DNA of 64,000 nucleotides from an uncultured Lachnospiraceae bacterium (GCA_947566645.1 CANOKL010000012.1:21951-85950); one strand, 5' to 3'; positions 25,541 to 35,882 are shown, counted from the first letter of the stretch. Program-made: numbers and translations. The notes: a model not told the origin generated them from the letters alone.

Positions 25541-26157
25541 TGATACAGCAGCGCATTGCAGATGCATGCCGCGATGTTGCTTCCCCCTTTACGCCCTCTT
25601 GCCACAATATATGGCGTATCCGTAAGCGTCAGGATTAATTCTTTTGACTGCACGACATTGACGAATCCCACCGGAACTGCAATCACTGCCTCTGGCTTCA
25701 GCTTTCCTTCTGTAATCAGCTCATATAATCTGACCAGCGCGGTCGGTGCATTTCCGATGGCAAAGATCAGTTTCTCGTCCAGTGCTGCTGCCTTCTCCAT
25801 ACTGACTGCCGCCCGGGTCGTGCCGCGTCTCTTTGCTTCTGCGGCAACATCTTCATCACTCATGAAGCAGTGTACTTCTCCGCCGTACTCCTTTAGTCTC
25901 TTCTTATTTATCCCTGCTTTTCCCATCTGCGTGTCTGTCACAACAGACGCACCGTTTCGGATGGATTCTAATATTTTGTCTACTGCGTTTTCAGAAAATA
26001 CCAGGTTCTTTGCGTATTCGAAATCTGCGCTGGTATGGATGCAGCGCTTTACAATCTGTTCTGTTCCTGGCAGGAAAGTGTGCTCCCCCAGTTCTTCTGT
26101 TATGATCTCAAAGCTTCTCTTTTCTATCTCCTCTGGCAGTACTTTTTCCAGTTCCAT
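25519..26157 (-). CDS. cbiC: cobalt-precorrin-8 methylmutase
   Basis: ORF track 212 aa. SFEIITEELG, FAIGNAPTALVRL; context in the cob array. Confidence 0.85.
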   Translation of the reverse strand: MELEKVLPEEIEKRSFEIITEELGEHTFLPGTEQIVKRCIHTSADFEYAKNLVFSENAVDKILESIRNGASVVTDTQMGKAGINKKRLKEYGGEVHCFMSDEDVAAEAKRRGTTRAAVSMEKAAALDEKLIFAIGNAPTALVRLYELITEGKLKPEAVIAVPVGFVNVVQSKELILTLTDTPYIVARGRKGGSNIAACICNALLYQLGTGYF

Positions 26158-26174
26158 TGTCTGCGTCTCCTCTC

Positions 26175-26570
26175 TCAGAGTTTATTTTTTATAGTTACGG
26201 CAATCCCGCATACTACGCGGTCAACCTGCTCTGCACCGGATGCAAGCCTGGTACAGATCCGGCCGGCGGTCTCCCGGTATCTGCGCTCAAAGGGGTCCGG
26301 GGGCACCAGTCCGTATCCGATCTCATCGCTGATTACTACGATTTCCGGGTTAATACTTCCCAACTCTTCCAGGAGCTCCAGATATTTCCTGCCATAGTCT
26401 TCTTCCTCTTTCATAATCCGGCGGATGTATGCTTCCAGGTGAAAGATTCCCCCACAGGTTCTGACTTCGTCATAAGGGCAGTCTCTTCCGTCTGCCCAGA
26501 GAATTTCCGGATATAGCTTCTTTGCGTACTCCAGTTTCCCCTGAAAGGAGCCTCCTATTATCATTTTCAT
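26175..26570 (-). CDS. truncated CobU-like paralog with degenerate P-loop
   Basis: ORF track 131 aa. GGSFQGKLEYA replaces GGxxSGKS. The C-terminus VVISDEIGYGLVPPDPFERRYRETAGRICTRLA is canonical CobU-like. Confidence 0.55.
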   Translation of the reverse strand: MKMIIGGSFQGKLEYAKKLYPEILWADGRDCPYDEVRTCGGIFHLEAYIRRIMKEEEDYGRKYLELLEELGSINPEIVVISDEIGYGLVPPDPFERRYRETAGRICTRLASGAEQVDRVVCGIAVTIKNKL

Positions 26571-27109
26571 CTATCCTTTTTCACCTCCACTGCAATCCCA
26601 TATACGACTTCCGTCACACGGTCTGCTCTTTTTGCCAGACAGCAGTTGATCTCGCCCATGACCTGCTTATAGTGAATCATCTCCGTACTGCAGGAGAATC
26701 CTTCGGAACACACTTCATTTGTTACAATGACCACATTTCTGGCAATCCTGCATACTGCTTCAGTCCCTGTTAAAATCTCTTCGGCTGTGCGCTCTTTTGC
26801 CCCTTCTTCCATGTACAGCTCATTTGCCGCCAGATTCGAGATACATTCAATCAGTACTGAAACAGAATCATATTCCTTCAGCGTATCCACAAGATCTGAA
26901 AGGCCGGTATAGCACTCAATGGTCTCAAAACCCTTGCCGCGGCGCATTCTCTGATGCCGCCTGATCTTCCTCTTTGTCTCTTCGCCATAGGGGAACATGG
27001 TGGCAATATATATGAGCTGTTCCCCTTCTTCCTTCTGGTAACGGCACAGCATATTCTCGGCATATTCTGATTTGCCGCTGCCGCTTCCTCCTGTTATAAG
27101 ATGAATCAT
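26567..27109 (-). CDS. cobU: adenosylcobinamide kinase / adenosylcobinamide-phosphate guanylyltransferase
   Basis: ORF track 180 aa. MIHLITGGSGSGKSEYAE P-loop; it overlaps the downstream paralog by 4 nt. Confidence 0.8.
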   Translation of the reverse strand: MIHLITGGSGSGKSEYAENMLCRYQKEEGEQLIYIATMFPYGEETKRKIRRHQRMRRGKGFETIECYTGLSDLVDTLKEYDSVSVLIECISNLAANELYMEEGAKERTAEEILTGTEAVCRIARNVVIVTNEVCSEGFSCSTEMIHYKQVMGEINCCLAKRADRVTEVVYGIAVEVKKDR

Positions 27110-27136
27110 TTCTTATTTCCTGCAATCGTCCAGACA

Positions 27137-27176
27137 GTTACTATTCACGGACGAACTGTCCGCTCATAGTAACGAT
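27137..27176. repeat. 40-nt nested hairpin motif, copy A
   Basis: GTTACTATTCACGGACGAACTGTCCGCTCATAGTAACGAT. Outer stem GTTACTAT/ATAGTAAC, inner stem CGGAC/GTCCG. 37/40 identical to 52175-52214. Confidence 0.8.
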
Positions 27177-27190
27177 TCGATTCCTTTCTA

Positions 27191-28699
27191 TCAGTGTGCA
27201 CTTTCTTCCAGTATCCGCCGGATTGCCTGCATATCAACATTTTCCCGGATGATATCTGCCAGCTGGTTGTACTGCTCTTCTTTATACTCTGACATATTGA
27301 CTGCCTTCACATGGTCCGCCGGACAGCCCTTTTGCAGAAGCAGGGCGCGCACAACTGCTTCTGCTGCCTCTGCCCGGTCAAAAATCCCGTGCACATAGCA
27401 GCCATACACATGTTCACTGCACAGCCCGTCCTCCTTCGGCTCCCCGTGCGTTACCTCGTCTGTCAGCACCAGCATCCCTTCTTCCGAAGAATCCGAGATG
27501 CCCATATGGATCTCATAGCCTTCAATCTCCACCTGGCTCAGTTCATGAAGAAGTCCTTTTACGTTCTGAAAATGTCCCTTCACCCGTGTCCGTGTCTTTT
27601 CTGGAATAAATGTAGTCTTCATGGGAAGCAGGCCCATTCCCTTAATACTTCCCTGCTGCTCCATGCCCTCCGGATCCTCGATGACCTCTCCAAGCATCTG
27701 ATAGCCCCCGCAGATTCCAAACAGAAGCCTTCCTCTTGCGCTGTGCTGCTGAATCCTTGCCTCCAGCCCGCTCTGTCTGAGCCACAAAAGATCTGCAATC
27801 GTATTCTTCGTCCCGGGCAGCATCACTGCATCCGGATCACCGAATTCACTCACACTGCCTACATACCTGAGGGAGACGTCCTCCATCCCCTCTAAAGGGG
27901 CGAAATCCGTAAAGTTTGAGATCCTGGGCAGACGGATCACGGCAATATCAATTCTTCCTCCCCCCTCCTTCTTTCCGAACCGCTCTGTCAGGCTGTCCTC
28001 ATCATCAATATCCAGATAAAAGTAGGGAACCACCCCGCAGACAGGAATCCCGGTCTTCTCCTCCAGCATCCTGAGTCCTGGTTCCAGGATTTTCTTATCT
28101 CCCCTGAATTTATTGATAATGATTCCTTTGATACGCGCGCGCTCCTTTTCCTCCAGAAGTTCCACTGTTCCCACAATCTGTGCAAATACGCCGCCTCTGT
28201 CAATATCCCCTACAAGAATGACCGGTGCATCCACCATCTCTGCCAGGCCCATGTTCACAATGTCATTCTCCTTTAAGTTAATCTCTGCCGGGCTGCCCGC
28301 CCCTTCGATTACAATGACGTCATATCGTTCTTCTAATTTCCGGTAGGCCTCCTGAATCACCGGAATGTACTGCTGCTTCTTCTCATAATATTCTGACGCT
28401 GACATGACGCCTGCCACTTCCCCATTTACAATCACCTGGGATCCGGTGTCATTGGTGGGCTTTAGCAGAATCGGATTCATCTCCACCGCAGGATCAACGC
28501 CTGCTGCCTCTGCCTGCATCACCTGGGCCCGCCCCATCTCAAGCCCTTCCTTTGTAATAAAAGAATTCAGCGCCATATTCTGTGATTTAAATGGCGCCGC
28601 CAGATACCCGTCCTGGGCCAGTACACGGCACAATCCTCCAGCCAGAATACTCTTCCCTGCATTCGACATGGTTCCCTGAATCATAATGGATTTTGCCAT
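27191..28699 (-). CDS. cbiP: cobyric acid synthase
   Basis: ORF track 504 aa. The likely start is MAKSIMIQGTMSNAGKS (28699) after GGAGGGGG. GATase motif FGICGGYQMLG. Confidence 0.9.
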   Translation of the reverse strand: MAKSIMIQGTMSNAGKSILAGGLCRVLAQDGYLAAPFKSQNMALNSFITKEGLEMGRAQVMQAEAAGVDPAVEMNPILLKPTNDTGSQVIVNGEVAGVMSASEYYEKKQQYIPVIQEAYRKLEERYDVIVIEGAGSPAEINLKENDIVNMGLAEMVDAPVILVGDIDRGGVFAQIVGTVELLEEKERARIKGIIINKFRGDKKILEPGLRMLEEKTGIPVCGVVPYFYLDIDDEDSLTERFGKKEGGGRIDIAVIRLPRISNFTDFAPLEGMEDVSLRYVGSVSEFGDPDAVMLPGTKNTIADLLWLRQSGLEARIQQHSARGRLLFGICGGYQMLGEVIEDPEGMEQQGSIKGMGLLPMKTTFIPEKTRTRVKGHFQNVKGLLHELSQVEIEGYEIHMGISDSSEEGMLVLTDEVTHGEPKEDGLCSEHVYGCYVHGIFDRAEAAEAVVRALLLQKGCPADHVKAVNMSEYKEEQYNQLADIIRENVDMQAIRRILEESAH

Positions 28700-29748
28700 C
28701 TGCACCCCCTCCTTTCAAAAATATTGTTTAATTCCTCCAGAAGCCTGGTATTTTCCTCTTCCTTCCTGACTGCAAACCGGTAATATCCACGATTCAGTCC
28801 GTCATAATTGCTGCAGTCCCGGATCAGGATCCCCCGCCTCTTCAGTTCCTCATAGAGGTCAGCCTCACTTCTGACAAAGATATAATTTGCCATGGGAGGA
28901 TAATACCTGATCCCCAGTCTGTCAAGCTCCTTCAGGATCCGTGCTCTCTCCCTCCTGATATATTCCCTTGTCCGGACAGGGTGCTCTCTGTCTCTAAGCG
29001 CAGCCTCGCCGGCCTCCTGGGCCACGACCGAGACGCTCCAGGGCTGCCGCATCCGCTCCATCTGGTCAAGAAGGTCCTGGTCGCTGCACATCCCGTATCC
29101 CAGCCTCAGGCCCGGCATGGCGTACATCTTCGTAAATGCCCGCAGGATAAACAGTTCCGGGTACTCCCTGACCTGCTCCTGCAGCGTATGCTCTTCCCAG
29201 GAATCCAGAAACTCACAGAAACATTCATCCATTACCATGCGGATGTTTTTGTCCCTGCATCGCTCTAAGATCTGAAGCAGCAGCTTATGCTCAATTACAT
29301 TCCCTACCGGATTACTGGGTGAGCATAAGAAAATCATGTCAGTCTCTTCCTTAAGACAGTCCAGATACTCCTCCCCAGGCTGAAAATCTGCAGACTCACG
29401 GAGGGGAAACAGGGTGATCTCACAATCCACTGCCTGCAGCGCCTGCCTGTATTCCAGAAAGGACGGTGCCAGGAGCACTGCCTTTTTCGGCCGTTCTGCC
29501 AGAACCAGGGAAAAGATCAGCTCCGCCCCTCCATTTCCAAATATAAAGTATTCCTCCTCCATCCCCAGTCTCCCTGCAAGTGCTTTCTTAAGTCTTCTGC
29601 ACCTTGCATCCGGGTACTGGGTCATACGGTCAAGAGCATCATGGGCTGCCTGCACCACCGCGCTGCCAGGACCAAGTGGGTTAATATTTGCCGAAAAATC
29701 AATCATTCCTTCATATGTATAGACGTCGCCGCCATGCTGGTATTCCAT
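28681..29748 (-). CDS. cobD: threonine-phosphate decarboxylase (class I/II aminotransferase fold)
   Basis: ORF track 355 aa. HGGDVYTY, DFSANINPLGP, FTKMYAMPGLRLGY. Confidence 0.85.
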   Translation of the reverse strand: MEYQHGGDVYTYEGMIDFSANINPLGPGSAVVQAAHDALDRMTQYPDARCRRLKKALAGRLGMEEEYFIFGNGGAELIFSLVLAERPKKAVLLAPSFLEYRQALQAVDCEITLFPLRESADFQPGEEYLDCLKEETDMIFLCSPSNPVGNVIEHKLLLQILERCRDKNIRMVMDECFCEFLDSWEEHTLQEQVREYPELFILRAFTKMYAMPGLRLGYGMCSDQDLLDQMERMRQPWSVSVVAQEAGEAALRDREHPVRTREYIRRERARILKELDRLGIRYYPPMANYIFVRSEADLYEELKRRGILIRDCSNYDGLNRGYYRFAVRKEEENTRLLEELNNIFERRGCRWQNPL

Positions 29749-29765
29749 TCAATCTGCCGCCTCCT

Positions 29766-30728
29766 CTACATGCAGAACGCCATCCACCGGAGCCCTGCGC
29801 CCAGTATCAAAGTCAGCAGGGCTGTCCCATACATCAGGCGGCAGGCAAGAGGGATATCCTCCGGACAGACCGGGCGGACCGGATCCCCTATAAATGGCTT
29901 CTCATATAATTTTCCAAAGTAATATGCATCTCCTGCAAGCTGTACCTCCAGTGCACCGGCACATACAGCCTCAGTCTGGGCTGAGTTCGGGCTTGCGTGG
30001 TGATACCGGTCCCGCCGGTAGATCTTCCATGCCAGCTTCGCATTCATGCCGCATAGAAATGCTGCCGCCGTCATAAGCAGAGCCGAGAGCCTGGCCGGAA
30101 GGAAATTAAACACATCGTCCATCTTAGCCGCCGCCCTGCCAAAATACAGATATCTGTCGTTCTTATATCCGAGCATGGAATCCATCGTATTCACTGCCTT
30201 GTAAAGAAATGCAAGAGGGGCGCCGCCAATCAGCATATAGAGCATGGGCGCAGTCACCCCGTCCGAAGTATTCTCGGCAACCGTCTCCACTGCTGCCCTG
30301 ACCACCCCGTCTTCCGTAAGGTTCATGGTATCCCTTCCCACAATCATGGATACCGCCTGCCTGCCCCCTGCCAGGTCCCCCTCCTTAAGTTTCTCATACA
30401 CCTTCATGCTCTCCTTCTTAAGGGAAGCTGCCGCCAGAAGCTGGTAACACCAGAATACCTCCAGGGCAGATGCCAGAACCGGATGCACTGCCCCGGCCAG
30501 AAGAAGCAGTCCTTTTGATGCCCCGAAGGATATGCTGCTTACCAGAATCCACAGAAGGCCTCCGGCAAATAAAAGCTCTTTTTCCGACTCCCCTGCCACT
30601 TTACGCAGGATCCTCTCAAGCCCGGAAATCAGAAGTCCGATGATCCGGACCGGATGGTACAGCCACACCGGGTCTCCCAATATCAGGTCCAGTAAAAATG
30701 CCAGTATGACAATTACAATAATTCTCAT
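29766..30728 (-). CDS. cbiB: adenosylcobinamide-phosphate synthase
   Basis: The ORF track gives 334 aa. The likely start is MRIIVIVILAF (30728), overlapping the cobC stop as ATGA. LILGDPVWLYHPVRIIG motif. Confidence 0.85.
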   Translation of the reverse strand: MRIIVIVILAFLLDLILGDPVWLYHPVRIIGLLISGLERILRKVAGESEKELLFAGGLLWILVSSISFGASKGLLLLAGAVHPVLASALEVFWCYQLLAAASLKKESMKVYEKLKEGDLAGGRQAVSMIVGRDTMNLTEDGVVRAAVETVAENTSDGVTAPMLYMLIGGAPLAFLYKAVNTMDSMLGYKNDRYLYFGRAAAKMDDVFNFLPARLSALLMTAAAFLCGMNAKLAWKIYRRDRYHHASPNSAQTEAVCAGALEVQLAGDAYYFGKLYEKPFIGDPVRPVCPEDIPLACRLMYGTALLTLILGAGLRWMAFCM

Positions 30729-31303
30729 AATTTTTCTATCTCCGTCAATCTCCTTATGCCGCTTCTCCACTCCTTCTCACAAAGGCACGCCCGGTATGCT
30801 TCCCCGTTCTTTACCTGCCAGTGATAGAAGCCCTCCTCATGCCCTGCCAGACGGTCAAGGATGGCCATGATGGTTCCCCCGTGTACAACAAATGCCGCAG
30901 CTTCCATGGATTCCTCCATAAACTTCTCTGCCATGCGGCAGAACCCCTTCACACATCTGTCACAGAACTCATCCATTCCCTCCCCTCCCGGGAAAGGGAC
31001 CCTTCCGCCGGACCGGAGCCATTCCTGGTAAGCAGGATGATCCTTAAGCTGTCCGTAACTCTGGTTCTCGAACAGGCCAAAATCACATTCCCTGAGTTCC
31101 TTACAGACATAACTCCTCGTACCGGGATAGATGATTCCTGCCGTCTCCACACAACGTTTCAGGGGACTTACAGCCACTGCCTCTGCCTCAGGATAGTCAT
31201 GGCTTATGGCCTGTCCCGGAAGAAGCGGTTCATCCGTTGTTCCGATATAGCGATGCTCTAAATTCCCCTGTGTCATAAAATGCCGGATCAGTATAATTTT
31301 CAT
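30725..31303 (-). CDS. cobC: alpha-ribazole phosphatase (histidine phosphatase family)
   Basis: ORF track 192 aa. MKIILIRHFMTQGN (RH catalytic motif); context. Confidence 0.75.
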   Translation of the reverse strand: MKIILIRHFMTQGNLEHRYIGTTDEPLLPGQAISHDYPEAEAVAVSPLKRCVETAGIIYPGTRSYVCKELRECDFGLFENQSYGQLKDHPAYQEWLRSGGRVPFPGGEGMDEFCDRCVKGFCRMAEKFMEESMEAAAFVVHGGTIMAILDRLAGHEEGFYHWQVKNGEAYRACLCEKEWRSGIRRLTEIEKL

Positions 31304-32061
31304 AAAAGCATTCCTCCCATCACCACAAAGCCAAGGATGGCAAGCTCACAAAGCTGAAGAAAATACCCTGCCAGGTCGCCTGTCACGCCCCCGAACCTGT
31401 GCACTGCCATCACACGATAGTAGATGAATACAAGCGCCGCCCCCACAAGCGCAGGCACTCCGGACTCCGGTGACAAAAGCAATATGGCTCCGGCCGGAAC
31501 CAGGATAAAGAACAGAAACAGGATCATGGCATGAAGCTTCTCTGTTCCTTCCTTAAACGTCCTGGCCAGCCCCTTCTTTGATGCTGACGGGAACGTAAGA
31601 ATCGCCAGTCCGCTCATTCCCCGGGACAGAACATATCCACAGGCAATTGTGGGAAGCATCTGGAGCGTCACCTCGCTCCAGAGCCCCAGACAGGCGGTAA
31701 AGTAACAGCCTGCACCGATAATTGCAAATGCTCCGGCATGGGAATCCTTCAGGATCTCAAGCCTGCGTTCCCTGTCCCCATAGGAACTGACTGCATCAAT
31801 GGTATCCAGAAGCCCGTCCATATGGATCCCTCCGTTAATGACAATAGGAAGCAGTGTCATTACGGTAGAGAAGAACAGCGCTCCACAATCATGTTCCAGC
31901 AAAAAGGTTCCAACTCCCCATACACAAATACCCGTAATGATTCCGACTACCGGAAAGAAACACATGACATGCCTCGTATTTTCCTTCGTCCACTCAATCC
32001 GCGGCATGGGAATCTTGGAATACATGGACAATGCGATAATCAGGGACTGCAGTACTACCAT
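31300..32061 (-). CDS. cobS: adenosylcobinamide-GDP ribazoletransferase (cobalamin synthase)
   Basis: ORF track 253 aa, polytopic membrane protein. GLLDTIDA and GGVTGDLAG motifs. Confidence 0.85.
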   Translation of the reverse strand: MVVLQSLIIALSMYSKIPMPRIEWTKENTRHVMCFFPVVGIITGICVWGVGTFLLEHDCGALFFSTVMTLLPIVINGGIHMDGLLDTIDAVSSYGDRERRLEILKDSHAGAFAIIGAGCYFTACLGLWSEVTLQMLPTIACGYVLSRGMSGLAILTFPSASKKGLARTFKEGTEKLHAMILFLFFILVPAGAILLLSPESGVPALVGAALVFIYYRVMAVHRFGGVTGDLAGYFLQLCELAILGFVVMGGMLL

Positions 32062-32090
32062 TGTTTTCTCCTCCAGATTTTATATCATCG

Positions 32091-33149
32091 TTAATGCAGT
32101 ATTTCGTATTTCTCTATGGCTGCCTCCTCAAAGGTTGCCATCTCCCGGTACACCTTAAGCGCCATATCAAGAAGCGGCATCAGCGCCACTGCCCCGCTTC
32201 CTTCCCCCAGGAACATTCCGCAGGTAAGGAAGGGGGAAAAGCCCAGCGCCTTTAAGATCACCTGCCCTCCCGGCTCGTTGGAAACATGGGAGGGAAGCAT
32301 GTAATCTCTTGCCTGCTCTGCGATTCTCACCGCACACAGAGCAGCCACAGAGGAAATCAGTCCGTCGATCACAACCGGGATCCGGTAGATCGCTCCTCCC
32401 AGAAACACTCCGGCCAGCCCGGCCAGATCAAGCCCTCCGACCTTGGCGAGAACATCCACCGCATTCCCTGGATCTGGTCTGTGCTTCCTGATAGCTGCCT
32501 TTATCACTGCAATCTTATTCTGCAGTCCCTTCGAATCCAGTCCGGCGCCCTTGCCCGTCAGATCTTCCACCCGTTCACCAAGCAGTACACAGGCAACTGC
32601 ACTGCTTGTTGTGGTATTTCCGATTCCCATCTCACCTGTGGCAAGGATCTCGTATCCCTGCTCCTTTAATTCAGATACCATACGGATACCGGTATGGATC
32701 GCCTTCCATACCTGGTCCCCCGTCATGGCCGGCTCCTTTGCAAAATTCCTGGTTCCCCATGCCACCTTCCGGTCTGCCCTCGTAACAGACGGAACATCAA
32801 CCGCCATTCCAATGTCCACCGGATACAGATCCACCCCTGCCACCTCACTCATGAGGCACACACTCGTCATCCCCTTTGTGAAGTTGTCTGCAACGATAGC
32901 CGTTACCTCCTGTCCGGTCTGTGTAACGCCCTCTTCCACTACCCCGTTATCCGCACACATGATAATCAGTCCCTTTTTATCCAGATGGTAATCTGCTGTT
33001 CCTTTTATCCCTGCAATCCGGATGACTGCATCTTCCAGGCTGCCGAGACTGAATAAAGGCTTCCCCATAGACAGCCAGTGCCTTCCTGCCTGTTCCATAC
33101 TTTCTACATCTGCTGGTTCTATTCTCTTACATATCTCTTCTCTGTACAC
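32091..33149 (-). CDS. cobT: nicotinate-nucleotide--dimethylbenzimidazole phosphoribosyltransferase
   Basis: ORF track 352 aa. ATGEMGIGNTTTSSA motif. Confidence 0.9.
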   Translation of the reverse strand: MYREEICKRIEPADVESMEQAGRHWLSMGKPLFSLGSLEDAVIRIAGIKGTADYHLDKKGLIIMCADNGVVEEGVTQTGQEVTAIVADNFTKGMTSVCLMSEVAGVDLYPVDIGMAVDVPSVTRADRKVAWGTRNFAKEPAMTGDQVWKAIHTGIRMVSELKEQGYEILATGEMGIGNTTTSSAVACVLLGERVEDLTGKGAGLDSKGLQNKIAVIKAAIRKHRPDPGNAVDVLAKVGGLDLAGLAGVFLGGAIYRIPVVIDGLISSVAALCAVRIAEQARDYMLPSHVSNEPGGQVILKALGFSPFLTCGMFLGEGSGAVALMPLLDMALKVYREMATFEEAAIEKYEILH

Positions 33150-33224
33150 TTTTATTCCCTCTTCAGTAACTGCTTCGTATAGCCTTGCATGAATCTCTTC
33201 ACAGTTACTCCTCTCTTCTAAAAC

Positions 33225-34649
33225 TCACCTGTTCTGAAATCTTCTCATCTGCCTGACAAACCTTTCTGCAAAACGGATATTGGAATAATAATGTATGTGC
33301 GGAAATCCTGCAAATACATGTCCGTCCATGTGGATACAGCTCCATGACGTATCCCGGCCCGGCTTCCTGGCGATACAGCCATCCCCGTTGCTGCTGCTGT
33401 CCCAGTAGTGAAATTCATGCCCCCTTAATCTCTCTCCTCTGGAAAGATACACGCCGTCCGAAGCACCTTCGATCTCAATATATCCAAACCGCACCAGACG
33501 GTTCCTGCGGACTGCCTCTCCTTCTATAAAGCCTGTCATCTCATAGAATTTCCCGTCTTCTCCCTCCATGGACTCATGCAGATACATGAAGCCGCCGCAT
33601 TCGGCATGACAGGGAAGTCCCTTATCCAGCAGTTTTCTGATCTCCTGCCTCAGTGTCTGATTCTCAGACAGCGGCCTGGCATAGAGCTCAGGATACCCCC
33701 CTCCCAGTAAAAGCCCGCTGATTCCTTCCGGCAGGCTGCTGTCTGTAAGGGGACTGAAAAAAACAAGCTCACAGCCCAACTCCTCTAAAAGTTTCAGGTT
33801 ATCCTTATAATAAAATCCAAAGGCAAGGTCACGGGCAACAGCCAGTCTGACCCTCTCCCCTTCCGGAAGCGTCTGAGACTTCTTCGCAGCCTCCGCTCCC
33901 GCACTGAGAGGAGGGGCCGTCCCTGCGATCTTAAGGATCTGTTCCAGATCAAGGGTCTCCTCCAGTACCCTGCCTGCTTCCCTCAGCGTTTCCTTAAGAT
34001 CCCGGATCTCCTCTGGCGTAACAAGCCCAAGATGCCTGCTTCCCACCTCAAATACCGGCTTCTCCGGTACATAGCCTACAACCGGAACCGGATATCCCAT
34101 ATCCAGAAGTCCCTGCTCGATCATCTCCTTCATCCTCGGATAGACGGCCCCTGAGACCCGGTTCAGTATAATCCCGGCAATATTATGGTCACTGCGGAAT
34201 GTAAGAAATCCTTTTAGCAGCGCCAGGACAGACAGCGCCGCACCCTTGCAGTTCACGGCAAGAAGCACGGGTGTATTCAGCACCTTCGCCACCTCATAAG
34301 AGCCTGCCCTCTCACTGTCAAGGGACATTCCATCGTAATACCCCATCACACCTTCCATAATCGTCAGATCTGCCCCTGCCGCATGCTCCATAAAGAGACT
34401 CTCCATAACCTGGGGACTGCAGAAGAACAGATCCAGATTCTGGGAATCCACTCCCAGCACCTTCCGGTGAAACATGGGATCAATATAATCCGGGCCGCAC
34501 TTTGCAGCCGCAATCCGGTATCCCCTGCTTTTCAGCGCCTGCATCAGGCCGCAGGTAATGGTCGTCTTCCCACAGCCGCTCATGGGGGCTGCAATCATCA
34601 CTCTTTTCCCAGACGGACCAGATGTAACACACCCTCTTGAATCGTTCAT
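33225..34649 (-). CDS. cbiA: cobyrinate a,c-diamide synthase
   Basis: ORF track 474 aa. SGCGKTTITCGL, KCGPDYIDP, AECGGFMYL. Confidence 0.9.
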   Translation of the reverse strand: MNDSRGCVTSGPSGKRVMIAAPMSGCGKTTITCGLMQALKSRGYRIAAAKCGPDYIDPMFHRKVLGVDSQNLDLFFCSPQVMESLFMEHAAGADLTIMEGVMGYYDGMSLDSERAGSYEVAKVLNTPVLLAVNCKGAALSVLALLKGFLTFRSDHNIAGIILNRVSGAVYPRMKEMIEQGLLDMGYPVPVVGYVPEKPVFEVGSRHLGLVTPEEIRDLKETLREAGRVLEETLDLEQILKIAGTAPPLSAGAEAAKKSQTLPEGERVRLAVARDLAFGFYYKDNLKLLEELGCELVFFSPLTDSSLPEGISGLLLGGGYPELYARPLSENQTLRQEIRKLLDKGLPCHAECGGFMYLHESMEGEDGKFYEMTGFIEGEAVRRNRLVRFGYIEIEGASDGVYLSRGERLRGHEFHYWDSSSNGDGCIARKPGRDTSWSCIHMDGHVFAGFPHIHYYSNIRFAERFVRQMRRFQNR

Positions 34650-34664
34650 TCTATCCCCCTCTTC

Positions 34665-35882
34665 TCACCTTGATGATATAATATAGACTGGATTCTGCCC
34701 TGTCATCATATGGTAATCTGCCAGCTTACGGGATCTTGCAAAGCCGGCCTGTATGATCTCCGCATCTCTGATCAGTCCCTTTTCTTCTGCATCAAGAACT
34801 TCCCTCAGTGTTTCCAGTGTAATGGCATTCAGAACCACCCTCGCGTCCGGGTTCTTCTCTCTGACACACCGCAGGATCCCTTCCAGATTCCCGGAGCTGC
34901 CTCCGATAAACACATGGGTGGGCGGTTCTAACCCGTGAAGGATTTCCGGCGCCGTTCCTTCTATCACCTCCAGCTGGTCAACACAGAACTTTTTCTGATT
35001 CTGCCGGATCAGGGATACCCCTTCTGCATTTCGCTCTATGGCATACACTCGGGTTCTCTCATGCATGGAAGCCACCGTAACAGCCACAGAGCCTGTCCCG
35101 GCCCCCACATCATAGAAGACAGAATCTCCTGAAATCCCCAGCTTTGCTATGCTGACAGCCCGGACTTCCTCTTTGGTCATGGGCACCTTTCCCCGGATAA
35201 ATGCCTCATCCCTGATCTGTCCGTCACACAGGGCAATTGGCGAAGAATTCTCTATATATAACACTGCAAGGCCTCTCAGATCCTCTGGCTGTATGTCCGC
35301 CCCGCTCCGGTATACAATGCTCTCTTCCTCATAGGAAAGAAATCTGCCAATCCAGATCTTCAGGCTGTCAAGGCCATATTCCTTAAGCTTCCTGCAAAAT
35401 TCTTCCTCCTGCCCATTTCCTCCGAAAAGAAGAAAGCATTTCCTGTGCCTTGCAAGTATATGGATATAAGGCTGGCTGCGCCCATGGATGCTGACAAGCC
35501 TGGCGTCCTCCCAGGGAACCTGAAGCCTGGCCGCAAGATATGCCACAGACGAGATTCCCGGAATCCCTCTCACGTCACATACGCTATTCAGACACTGGTA
35601 TAATTCCCTTGCTCCGCTGTAGAACCCAATATCTCCGGAATACAGCACGGCAATATTCCGATACTCCGGGTGGGACGTTACAATATCCCGGATCTCCTCT
35701 GGCATATAAGCACTGTAGACTGCCTTTCCCTCCAGACTCATACAGCCAAGCATCCGTTTTGCCCCGATCACACAGTCACTCTCCCGGACGATCTCTTTTG
35801 CCTCCCTGGTAAGTGTCCCTGGCGTTCCCATCCCGATTCCCAAAAGCCTTACCTGTCTTCTTTTTTCCTCATTCATTTCCAT
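34665..35882 (-). CDS. cbiET: cobalt-precorrin-7 C5-methyltransferase / cobalt-precorrin-6B C15-methyltransferase (decarboxylating), fused CbiE-CbiT
   Basis: ORF track 405 aa. The N-terminal half is tetrapyrrole methylase (LLGIGMGTPG). The C-terminal half has the SAM motif VFYDVGAGTGSVAV. Confidence 0.85.
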   Translation of the reverse strand: MEMNEEKRRQVRLLGIGMGTPGTLTREAKEIVRESDCVIGAKRMLGCMSLEGKAVYSAYMPEEIRDIVTSHPEYRNIAVLYSGDIGFYSGARELYQCLNSVCDVRGIPGISSVAYLAARLQVPWEDARLVSIHGRSQPYIHILARHRKCFLLFGGNGQEEEFCRKLKEYGLDSLKIWIGRFLSYEEESIVYRSGADIQPEDLRGLAVLYIENSSPIALCDGQIRDEAFIRGKVPMTKEEVRAVSIAKLGISGDSVFYDVGAGTGSVAVTVASMHERTRVYAIERNAEGVSLIRQNQKKFCVDQLEVIEGTAPEILHGLEPPTHVFIGGSSGNLEGILRCVREKNPDARVVLNAITLETLREVLDAEEKGLIRDAEIIQAGFARSRKLADYHMMTGQNPVYIISSR

